DNA of 64,000 nucleotides from Octopus sinensis. Its lineage: Eukaryota. The stretch's first letter is position 1, and the number at the start of each line of letters is the position of its first letter. Location of the stretch: the NCBI RefSeq assembly GCF_006345805.1, contig NC_043002.1:92380001-92444000 (forward strand), read 5' to 3'. Below, piece by piece: positions 52,746 through 64,000 of the stretch. The notes under the pieces are model-generated. The model saw nothing but the letters and a program-made list of their open reading frames with translations. It was not told the origin of the DNA and did not search any database. The position numbers were made by a program, and so were the translations under genes.

Positions 52746-53292
52746 TAATATATATATATACACACACATACACAAGCATTCGTACATAAATGTACGTACA
52801 TACGTACGTATGTATGTATGTATGTATGTATGTATGTATGTATGTGTATGTATGTATGTATGTATGTATGTATGTATGTATCTGCATATATGTATGTGAG
52901 TATAGCTATGCTGATATATAAATATAAATGAACGATTTTAAGTGGCCAGCTGAGTGTGGGCGCACATCCGTCCGCATGAGATTGTGCATTGACATCTCTC
53001 CACGTGAATGTGTGTGTCTGTGTGTGTGTGTGTGTGTGGAAGGGGGCAGTGTTTTAAACTTACAGATATTTAACATAAATATTTGATAACGCCCTATCAA
53101 GCAATATATACACATTTCAATGTGCATATCATTCATATACATTACCATAGATAAATACAAACATACACATACGCATACATACGCATACATACGCATACAC
53201 ATTGGAAACAATCAACTTCTACTGTTTGATAACGAAAGGCGAACAGTGTATTCAATATATGATGTAACTAGTAATTGTTTATTTAAGCTCCG

Positions 53293-53731
53293 GGATCTTT
53301 TCGGTTTGAAAGGCAGTTTTTTTCTAGCGGTGAAATTGTCACCCATAATTATGACCCTAGTATCGATCTATTGCATTTCAATGTTTTAGGGTTAGGGTCA
53401 GTTAGAGTTAGTTAGGGTTAGGGTTAGGGGTGGGGGGGAAGGGTATCTTTTTTTCTTCACAAATGTAAATAAACCCAATCTGTTTCTTAAACGAGGGACA
53501 TATTCATACGGCACAGAATGTTTTTTTTTACCTCAATGGACGTCATTGATTGGTTGAAATTGCAGAAATTAAAGAAAAAAAACAACAAATATCTTACAAA
53601 CTATAGAATTTTCTCAATAAAGCCAAGAGAAAAAGATGTTTTATAAACACATTCTACCAGTATACGAAGTTTAAAATTTTTTAGTTACCTAGAAATTATG
53701 TTAAAAACTGCCGTTCAAACCGAAAAGATCC
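53293..53731. mobile_element. MITE (second copy) with TTAGGG repeats
   Basis: Same TIRs as 34219-34629 (one mismatch). TTAGGG-like run at 53386-53430. AAGCTC on both flanks (53285-53290, 53732-53737), with 2 extra nt on the left. Confidence 0.85.
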
Positions 53732-53834
53732 AAGCTCTGTACTTTTTACCCGCGAACGAAAGAAGGATCGAACATAAAAGAATTAAAGAGTATATGTGTG
53801 TGAGTGTGTGTGCGCGCGCGCGATCATGCATGAA

Positions 53835-53865
<31 letters not shown>

Positions 53866-53929
53866 CTCTTTTATTCTTTTATGCATTTCAGCCCAAAGAC
53901 TGTGACCATGCTGGGGCACCGCCAGTGTA

Positions 53930-56370
53930 TTCACCTTTCTAATGGCCATTCTCTTGTGATTGGTTTACGATGAAGGAGGGAGTTCGATACTGTCGCCCTC
54001 TTTCTTGTCATTTCTTGCAGTGGTGTAGGTTCATCTGGGACCTTGGACAGTAGGAGGCTCGGTTGGAATCATCTACTCCTACTCCACGTAGATCTTTCAG
54101 ATGTTTTGACCATGTATTAAATAGTCACGGACCCTTGAGTCCCAAGCTATTGCAGTATATGGTCCTCACTCGAGACGGGGTGGTTGGGATCTATGAAACA
54201 GTGCAATAACGTCCAGTTCGTTGGCTGGTGTAGTCTTCAATGCGAAAGTTTGGTGCCAACCCCTCTAGGATCTTCTATATGTATATCACAGCATATCTCT
54301 CCTATTTTTGCTCCAGTGAGTAGATGCGTAACTCTTTCAGTCTCTCCTAACAGCTCAGCTGATCCATTGATGCAACCTTCCTGGTGTAGTACTGCTGAAC
54401 TGATTTAAGTTCCGCTATTAATTTAACAGTTGAGAGCAGTAGTTCAGACGGTTGAAGACAATGTCCTCCATAGAACCAGCATAGTTTCCTGGTCCCTCGT
54501 TCTCAAAGTTCTCAGAATCCATCTGGCCATTCGTCTACACATTGCCACCATCTTGATAATGTGCACGTCAAACGTTGTATTGTTACGAATATATCACTCC
54601 ATCCCCTAATAAAGGATTGTACTTAACTCTGGGATTTGTTCCTTTTCGTTCAAAGTATCATTGTTGTGGCACGTTAGCACTAGCTAGCAGATAGTGGAGG
54701 GCTTGAAATTTTCCTGCATTAAATAGATGTTGTTTTCTTCAGCACATTTATATAGGGCATCTAGGTCGTGGTGATGAAAATTAACATCGGAATGTTCCTT
54801 GTCTACTTGTACTGCTTTTGTGTCATCGGCATAACAAGTAAGAGTGATTGTCGGTGTAACTGAAGGCATGTCCTAAAGAGCCACCATAAACAGCAGCGAC
54901 CCCAAATCAGTCCTCTGGGGCACTCCACTCGCTATTACTGCCTCCTTGGAGAGAGACTCATTGGCTGTCACATCCTGACGTCTGTCCTTTAAGAATTCCT
55001 TAACCACTCTCCCAGTTTTCCGACTCTACTGAGTCTCCGTAGCTTGTAACATGTCATCCCAAGGTTAATCTTATCAAAAGCCTTTCCAAAATCGAGATAA
55101 ATCATATCCACGTTTGAACGATTCATTAGTTGTCCACGCCCAGTTATAATGCTGCAGAAACTGTGTAAGGCAGTTTCTTCCTGCTAGGGAATAACTCGTG
55201 ATCAGCTTTCTCCTGGCGATGCGTTCCGTGACTTTGCTGACATGTGAGTTTAGAGAGACAAGCCATTAGTTTTTAGCATCCGCTCTGCTACATCCTTTAT
55301 AGATAGGACATATTATACCTTCCTTTAATTTTCTGAGAAGTTTCCCAGTTGCAAGGAAGCTTTGGGAGAGGATCTGCAGCGGTATTCCTAGAGTACTTTT
55401 GCTTTTCTTCAGGAAGATTTCTGGGAATCCATCAGGTCCTGTGTGCTGAAATAAACCTCATTTCATCAATAGCTAATATTACACCAGTTTCCTCTCTTTC
55501 GATGCAATCAGTAATTTCCATTTCGTTGTGTAGAGTTCTGGCGCCGAAGAACTCATAAGGCATAGCTATTTGGAAGTGTCCCAACGGAGTTGTGAAAACT
55601 CTTCTATTGCACATTCAGTATTTCACTTACCCTCTGGTCGTCTGCAGTCAGTAGCCATTTTCTTCGAACAGTGGTCCCATCTTGAGCCATACTGGAGCAG
55701 GCTCTTAGGCAAATGTATAGAAGGCTTTAGGGTTTGTCTTTATATTTTGATACAGCTCTGACTGCTTTCTGTACCCTATCGTTTTCGCGGGGGTGTTTGA
55801 ATTCACTTTCAATCTCAAGCAATGTTTGTTTGAGATATGTTTCTTTGCTATCCTTTAGTGGCCCATTTAGACGGTTTGAAATTTTTTACTCGTCGTCTCA
55901 ATAGAATCTCCTTTCTCTGATAATTATGTTTTTCTGTCAATTTCACTTACTGCATATATCGTAAAATGCAGTAGTTTTATGTCAGCATCTTCGTATAGAC
56001 TAGTTTTGTTCTATGACCTCTCTCTGAATACCTTTCATATCAGCTTTATATGAAATTTCAGGCTGGAAAGGGGGTTGAGTGCTTCTAGAAGCCTACATGT
56101 ATGCAGTTTTCTGTGGACCATACATTACTCTTTTTACTCTTTTACTCTTTTACTTGTTTCAGTCATTTGACTGTGACCATGCTGGAGCACCGCCTTTAGT
56201 CGAACAAATCGACCCCAGGACTTATTCTTTGTAAGCCTAGTACTTATTCTATTGGTTTATTTTGCCGAACCGCTAAGTTACGGTGACGTAAACGCACCAG
56301 CATCGGTTGTCAAGCGATGTTGGAGGGACAAACACAGACAGACAAACATATACACAGACACATACATACA

Positions 56371-56425
<55 letters not shown>

Positions 56426-56900
56426 ATATATATTATATATATATACATATATACGACGGGCTCCTTTCAGTTTCTGTCTACCAAATCCACATACAAGGCT
56501 TTGGTCGGCCCGAGGCTATAGCAGAAGACACTTACCCAAGGTGCCACGCAGTGGGACTGAACCCAGAGCCATGTGGTTGGTAAGCAAGCTACTTACTACA
56601 CAGCCTAGTTCTATTAAGTTACAGTTTGAGAAAATCGTCGGTGTCACCTTAACATTATGGATGAGAGCCACATTATTTGTGAAGCAGACGTCCAGAATAT
56701 TTTTACTCCTTGGTGAGTGGAGTACTATCTGTTCCATAAAGAGGAGGTATGTGAGGTCGAGCAGACGATCTTTTTACCTATGTTCATGTAGTGATATATC
56801 TGTAAGAAGGTAGCCCTCAGCTCATTCGGCGTTAGATAGATTGAAGTATCCTAGCAAAAGTATGTGTAGGCTGTCGTCTGGGTTGGTTCATAATTCATTC
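53930..56900 (-). mobile_element. Degraded CR1/L2-group LINE (APE C-terminal part plus RT), interrupted by an S1 SINE at 56125-56605
   Basis: EQIVLHSPRSKNILDVCFTNN…PTIFSNCNLIEL (APE end), P.K.PGPDG, KGFDKI.., SGVPQ.T.LG.LLF, CYADDTK (RT). Confidence 0.82.
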
Positions 56901-57218
56901 ATCTCATTCAGACTCTCTTCAAATCAGTCCCATGATATGTGTGTGTTTGTGTGTGTGCATGTATGATTGAGTGTGTGTGTGTATGTATGCATGCATGTAT
57001 ATATGTATTGTGTAGGTTGGTAGGCAGGTAGGTAAGTAGGTAGGTAGGTAGGTAGGTATGTAGGTAGGTAGGTAGGTAGGTAGGTAGGTAGGTAGGTAGG
57101 TAGGTAGGTTCGGTAATGCAAACAAGGAAACAGAGCTCAATATATATATATATATTACTCGTTTATATATATATATATATATATACTTTATTTTAAGCAG
57201 CAGAAAATTCAACAAAAT

Positions 57219-57256
57219 CTGTTACTCTGAGTTTCTCGTTGCCGTTCATCAGACAG
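57219..57256 (-). ncRNA. Minimal type I hammerhead ribozyme (family C, canonical core)
   Basis: Minus strand: CUGU-CUGAUGA-ACG(GCAA)CGA-GAAAC-UCAGA-GUA-ACAG. Confidence 0.75.
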
Positions 57257-58349
57257 TTTTTGCTAGAAAGGAACCGATATATCAATTCAATCTAGACTCT
57301 TACAAACGCTACACCTTTAAAAAGAAATGGACTTGTTTGATTGGCCCTTTAGAAAAACGGTCAATCTTCGAGCGATAAACAAAAAGGTCAAAAATATATG
57401 TTATATATATATAAAAACTTATAAAAATTAAAAATCCGAGGAAAAAACCTTACATTGAATAAAATACATATTGACGTTAATGAAGAAAGTATAAATTAAT
57501 GCATAGAAATTAAACCTGTTATAAATTTACACTGCAATACATAGTTATATTAAAATGTACATATATATATCAACATACACAGAAGGATGCGTGCAAACGC
57601 CATACATATACAGACGTATAAATATAAATCTAAATATATACATAAATGCATGCATACATATATTCACGCAAACCATCTCGCACGCAAGTTAAAAACATCT
57701 ATGTAGCGATTCTCATATACTGAGTAAGGGGGGGACGAAAGAAAGGAAGAGAGAGAAAAAGGAACGAAGGAGGGGTGGGGAAAAAACGAAATAAGAAAAA
57801 ATTATGTATACAAGCTGTGTAACGGCATTATTGACGTATATGGAGACAAGTATACAGATACACAAGTTCGAATGGATACATATACATACAGTCGTGTATA
57901 TGTGTGCTTAAGCACAAACATACGTTCACTTACACATACACAGATACGCATGCTTACAAATACATATCCATGGCTATACACATACTTATATCAAAATTCT
58001 AATTTTGACAACATTGCTTTTTTTAAAAAAAACATTACTTTTTTTTAAAAAAATGGGTGCACTAATAAAAATATATACGAAAGACATATAAAATAAAATA
58101 TAACACCCTATTTTGATCATTATAAATAATCAAGGTAATCTATACAATACAATAACATGAAATAAACAAAGTCGAAGGTTTTTCCTAATGTATATGTAGA
58201 ACATAAGACTTTGCTATACGGATTAAAATCCGCATAGTTTGAAACAAAAACAAAAATCATCGTAGCGCTCACAGTTCAAGAGTCAAAATCAAATTTGAAA
58301 AATCAAAAATACAAAATATATACTCTATCCATATGTTATATTTATATTC

Positions 58350-59635
58350 GACATTTTAAATTTAGCCGCGTGCCTACATAAGTCATTAGCTCACTTCTTT
58401 GATTCAAAGAATTATTGTCTTGAATAAGATGTACATTTTCTCTAATAGGCAAAGTTTGCACTTGAAATTATTTTTGTATGCCCCATGCCGTATGGTGCCG
58501 CCCTGTCCAGAATGCTCCATGTCACGTTGAAAGGTGGGGTTTCCTTTTCTTTTAGTTCCCAGACATATTTTGCTAGGCGGTCCTCTTCCTATTCTCTGGG
58601 TATTTAAATGAATTTTTATGAGAATAAAATCTTGTTTTAAATTAATTTTCTGAAGCCCCTGTGTATGTCTTGTATTCCGATGAGCCTTCCACTTGCACCT
58701 TGGCTCTATAAACTACTCCTTTCACTAGACATTTCCCTTCTAACGGACAGGAGCTTTCGTTTTTGAAATTGCATTTCTAATGGGCTCGGCGCCATGTCTA
58801 ATCTCAATTAGCTTCCTATTATGTTGGCTAATGTAAGAGGCGAAAATTCTGCAACAAGAAAGCTAACCTTCAGGGTTCTTCTATTAAATATCCTAGAATT
58901 TATGACCCTGCTTAAAATGCTTAGAGACTAATCTCAAAAATTCCTTACCTATATTAGTCTTTACGGCCAATTGAAAGACGGGTTGAACCACAAAACTTTC
59001 CTGGTCCTAGTTCTTCGTGCAGCATTATTATCAGCATTAAGCGGGTTGTACTGGATCTTCTCAGAGAATCCACTATTCTTTAATGCGCTATCGTAATAAG
59101 GTGCAGCATTACGGAATGCTGCCTCGTCCGAAGAAATTGAAGATATTCTTCTACCTACATTGCTGACTAAGTTCCTAAGGATAACTGGTGGATGGTTCGA
59201 ATCTTTGCTAATATACGATAGCTTTTCATTGGGCTTACGGAAAGGTTTAAATCTATCCGACCTTACATTAAATTTACGTCTAAAAAATCTACACTATTCA
59301 GTTAGCATCTATCGTAACCCGTAAGCCCATCCTTTGAAAGAAGCTATAAGGTCCTTCCTAAGTCTATCTGATTCATGGCCGTTTAGATTATGCCTGGCTA
59401 TAAGGCCGTCATCCCTATATAAACCTGCATCTATAAATGGGAATTCTATTTTTAGATTATGGAGAATAAAGGCTCCTATGAGCATACATAACTCAGCCCC
59501 GTCGTATGCCCCCATCGGTACATCGAAAAGAAAATCCTCAGTCTTCTTAATCCAGGTGGAATCTTCAAAAAAAAGAAGCGATTCTCTTTTCGATGTATAT
59601 ATCGTTTTTCTTTTATCATGTTATTTATTTTAGTC
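58350..59635 (-). pseudogene. PLE RT-GIY-YIG ORF remnant (frameshifts and stops)
   Basis: ORF-track 59309-59515 plus manual translation of the downstream frames. Confidence 0.88.
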
Positions 59636-60000
59636 AGTAGACTGCAGCCATGCTGGACCAACGCCCTGAGGAGTTTAGTGCAACAAATCGATCCCCAGAA
59701 TATTTTTTCAATCTTATATTTATTCTGTTGTCACCTTTTGCCGAACCGCTAGGGCAGGTTACATAAACAAGCCAGCATTGGTTGTTAAACAATGGCAGGA
59801 GGCAAGTACAAAAACAAACACACACACGCGCGCGCACACGCAAACATAGAGTTATGCATTTATACGACGGCCTTCTTTCACTTTACGTCTGCCAAATCCA
59901 CTCATGAGGCTTTGGTTGGCTCGAGACTATAGTAAAAGATACCGGCCCAAGTTGACATGCAGTGGAACTGAACCCGGAACGATATGGTGGTGAAGCAAAC
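59636..60000 (-). mobile_element. Diverged SINE family S1
   Basis: S1 head, core and tail recognisable with many substitutions. Confidence 0.7.
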
Positions 60001-60319
60001 TTCTTTATTTCATTTAATTTGCTACAAAGGCATCACACAGATAGAAGCTTTGCGGGCTGGACACGGACATTAATGGGATGAATGATAACGATGCAAACAT
60101 GATGATGATAGGAGAAGACGAAAAGCGCCCGCCGACATCCGCTTCTCTACAACAATGTTCTTTTTTCCTTTTTCCCGGAAAACACAATGAGGCAATAAAC
60201 CTCTTACATAAAAAATACTTTTTTTTAAAGCACAATGAAGCTATAAAACCTCGTACCTTACACAAAAAGTCACATATTTCACATTTTATAGACTCTATTT
60301 TTGAGTCCCAACGTTCAGG

Positions 60320-61152
60320 TTATCCGGCCGACCAGTCTCCTTGCTTCATTGAAGCATGTACTCGGTTCCAGGCGTGAAGCAAACTTCTTACCATACAACC
60401 GTGCCCGCACCTGGTAGAAAGGTGTACAGCGTGTGATCGTCGCATTGACCATGACAGAGAAAGGGACATGGAGAATCTGCATCAAATTTTGTGCCAAAAG
60501 CTTGGTGATACCTGCTCAGAGGCCTACTCAAAGTTTTCAAAAAGTTTTCATCGTTCTCGACATAATCAGAGATCTTGTGCAACTGAAACCCGAGTGCCTT
60601 TTTGGTCAGCTGAAAGCTGTTTTGGCACAAACTTGGCAGACACGCGTCTCATACCCAAATCTTCAGTGATAATGGACTGAACTGAACCGTAACTAATCTG
60701 TACATTCTCTGATAACTCAGAGATGGTGATTCGACGATTTCCCCTCATAGCTGCACGCACATTTGCGATATTTTCCTCCGTTCTGCTGGTTGTGGGACTC
60801 CCATAAGTTCGTCAATGTCGACATTTTTTCAGTCACTTTGGAAACGTCTGAATCGCTCGTACGTCTGTATGTGGACCATACATTCCTCTCCACACACTTT
60901 CTGCAACTTTGCATAGGCGTCTGCGCAGGTATCGTCATGACAACTTTCACTGTCATGGTCAATGCAACAATCGCACGCTACACACTTCCTTCCAAGCACT
61001 GCTGTAAACAGCGGAAGTGTGCTAGAACAATTTAATCCTAGTGCACATGCACAGTAGAGTTCAAGGTCAATCTGTGCCAAGTGGCTTCACTCTGCGTGAT
61101 TTAGCTTCGTTACTATGTCAACAGTCCGGATACTTATTGATCAGACCTTGCA
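60320..61152 (-). mobile_element. Mariner remnant: 5' TIR and N-terminal transposase (-), fused to an inverted second 5' end (+, ~60320-60560)
   Basis: TIR TA|TGCAAGGTCTGATCAATAAGTATCCGGACTG. Minus strand …NRRITISELSENVQISYGSVQSIITEDLGMRRVSAKFVPK. Plus strand RICIKFCAK.LGDTCSEAYSKF. Confidence 0.82.
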
Positions 61153-61193
61153 TATGTGAGTATATACATATACGCCTTATACATATGACTGTA

Positions 61194-61244
<51 letters not shown>

Positions 61245-61255
61245 ATGTATGTATG

Positions 61256-61286
<31 letters not shown>

Positions 61287-61419
61287 TGTACGTATGTGTA
61301 TGTTTGTGTATGCTGGGTGGGTGTTAAAGATGAACTGGTTGAGTAAGCCAAGTATTAAATTACTCGGTCATGAGTCACCCGTTCAAGTTCATTCTTACTT
61401 CACATATGCACTATACATA

Positions 61420-61569
61420 CAAAAATACATTATACACGCATACATATACGCATAGATACATAAACACAAGCATGCATAAATACGCACAGCTACGTACACG
61501 TACGTATTTGTGCATATAACTATACACATATACACACACATATACGTACATACATACATACATACACAC

Positions 61570-61600
<31 letters not shown>

Positions 61601-62260
61601 CATACATACATGCATGCATACATGCACATATACATACATACATACACACATACATACATGCATACATACATACATACATACACACATACATACATACATA
61701 CATACATACATACACACGTACATACATACACATACATACATACATACATACATAAATACATACATACACACATACATACATACATACATACATACACACA
61801 TACATACATGCATACATACACACATACATACATAAATACATACATACACACACACATACATACATACATACATACATAAATACATACATTCACACATACA
61901 TACACACACATACATACATGCACACATACATACATACACATACACACACATACATATATACATACATACATACACACATACACACATACATACATAATAC
62001 ATACTACATACATACATACATACATACATACACACATACATACATGCATACATACACACATACATACATAAATACATACATACACACACATACATACATA
62101 CATACATACATACACACATACATACACACATACACACATACATACATACATACATACATACACACATACACACATACATACATAATACATACATACATAC
62201 ATACATACACACATACATAATACATACATACATACATACATACATACATACATACATACA

Positions 62261-62290
<30 letters not shown>
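61420..62290. repeat. (TACA)n microsatellite, ~870 bp
   Basis: Visible. Confidence 0.96.
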
Positions 62291-62291
<1 letters not shown>

Positions 62292-62632
62292 GCAAGCCTC
62301 TGTGCGTGTATGTGTGTATGTGTGTGAATGTGTTGTATATATATGATGGAGCAATAAAACCCCAAATTATTTTCCCTATGTTGTGATGTTCATTTTCGCT
62401 TTATATGAGTTTCCTGTAGTCTCCTAGCCGTGTTTCCGTTCCTAATCACAGAAGACATGGTGACTTACTAAACGATTGTCCTACTTCTTTATAAAAACCT
62501 GAGCACTCGGTGACATTGCCAACTCTACTCTGTGTTGTGTATGTGTGTTTGTGCATGTGTGCCTGTGTGTGTGTGTGTTTGTGTGTGTGTGTGCGTGTGT
62601 GCGTGTGTGTGTGCGTGTGTGTGCGTGTGTGT

Positions 62633-62675
<43 letters not shown>

Positions 62676-62999
62676 GTGCGTGTCTAGTGGTAAACATATT
62701 TTTGTGGGAAACAGAATAGGAAATAAAATCTATATAAAACATTAATATATTACATGAAATATTTTTGTTCATTCATTCTCAGAACTGTAAGCTATTTTGC
62801 AGTTATATGTGGGCGGCTTTGGATTCCAAAACAAGGCTCATTCTTCCGGGTTTAAAATGACCTTTTCTATATTTGAAATATTTCTACGCGAAGTACTTGG
62901 AACTGACCATATTTGTGTCCATGCTATAGTGTAAATGCTGACTCACGCATGGTTATACATCGGGATATGCATTGTGAAACTCGACTCATGACCGAGTAA

Positions 63000-63510
63000 G
63001 GCCACTTCCTACATCCATTTCACTCTAGGAAACATCTCATTTTCGGCCTCCCTATCGCTGATTATGTTTCATATGGTTCCTAAGGCCTGCAAGAGTGTTA
63101 CAAGCCACGCCACATCGATTACAAGTAAGCTCTCCAGCAGCAGACTGACCATCAAGTCGGGTTCTACAATGCCGAATGGGTCAAGTGGCCAACCCACATC
63201 TCTGCTAACCAACGTGCATATTACATTGGTTGACTAGGGCGTCCCTGAAACTAAGCTTGTGGCTGAGTAGGTCTGCCTTTGAGAAGCTGACATAATTAAA
63301 CGTGTGTACCCGGTACATATTGCATGATCGGACCATCAGCTGCTAAACCGGCAGCCCTAGCCTGTTTGGCAAGGTGGGTAGTTACCGTTGCATGAAAACA
63401 AACGAAAACCAAGCAAAAAATCCTGCAGAGCGTAACCAAATCGGCCAAGCTGTGGATGAACTCAACAGACTTTGAACATCCAACAGCTAGGAGCATGACA
63501 GATATACTTA
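63000..63510 (+). mobile_element. Possible old LINE 3' fragment (RTE-like)
   Basis: GC-richer, stop-ridden sequence with weak HI.RxDH.L.K-like wording, followed by (TACA)n. Not confidently assignable. Confidence 0.25.
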
Positions 63511-64000
63511 CATACCTATATATATTCTTACGTACGTACGTACATACATACATACATACATACATACATACATACATACATACATACATACAAGAAGTCG
63601 ATGCTCCTTAAATCTTATGCAGGCTCAGTCATCTACTACAGTCACTTGGGATACTAGATTAGACACTTGAAGAGATCTGCGACTTGAAGCTCAAGACAAG
63701 GGCACTAACCGCCATTGGTGACTATTATTTCCACAGTGACTCTAAAAGAAAGTATGAACGTGGGAACATTATGTGTGCCTTGATGGCCTGAGATGTTTAT
63801 TAAATAGTAAAAGAAAACGTGACTATATCAAATGTATATTCAATAGTGAAAATAATAAAATTATGTGTGGGGATGAATAAAACCCGAATAGATAGATATC
63901 CTGAGTGTGTAGCTGTTCCATGGGGCCATGAGTGCTTGGACTAACAGAAATTTATAGGAGGAATACTCATCATAACAGGAGAAAATTACACATGGGTGCA

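Larger units (their letters stand above)
57186..59635 (-). mobile_element. 5'-truncated Penelope-like element, family C (Neptune-type): RT, GIY-YIG, ~1.1 kb 3' region, pLTR
   Basis: MGAYDGAELC…GLYRDDGL, DFLDV.LN, SNHPP.IL, LWFNPSF, CN…CPLEGKCLVKGVVY…YTGAS…FKTRFYSHKNSF…C.LC..EK…LNQRSEL. HHR at 57219-57256. Ends at (TA)n. Confidence 0.88.

Overview
Repeat-saturated, AT-rich eukaryotic (metazoan) DNA. The SINE repertoire and extreme microsatellite density point to an octopod cephalopod, which is an inference. I could not identify any intact host gene, true tRNA/rRNA gene or CRISPR array, so the window is probably intergenic or lies inside a very large intron. Almost all ORFs in the track are microsatellite read-throughs. 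Recognisable coding remnants all come from mobile elements: at least three families of Penelope-like elements (PLEs; RT and GIY-YIG pieces at 1690-2100, 3860-4040, 22130-22280, 58350-59635), three R4/Dong-like RLE LINE fragments, one CR1/L2-group LINE, and three Tc1/mariner remnants. Non-coding elements include three non-autonomous Helitrons, a MITE carrying TTAGGG repeats, and about 40 copies or fragments of three tRNA-derived SINE families. The most interesting signal is in the PLE pseudo-LTRs, which carry minimal type I hammerhead ribozyme (HHR) motifs of three sequence families. One family (5 copies) has a non-canonical core, CUGUNGAW: an A6U substitution plus an extra nucleotide before stem II. 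Two others sit in fold-back (inverted) arrangements. All calls were made by eye, without database searches.
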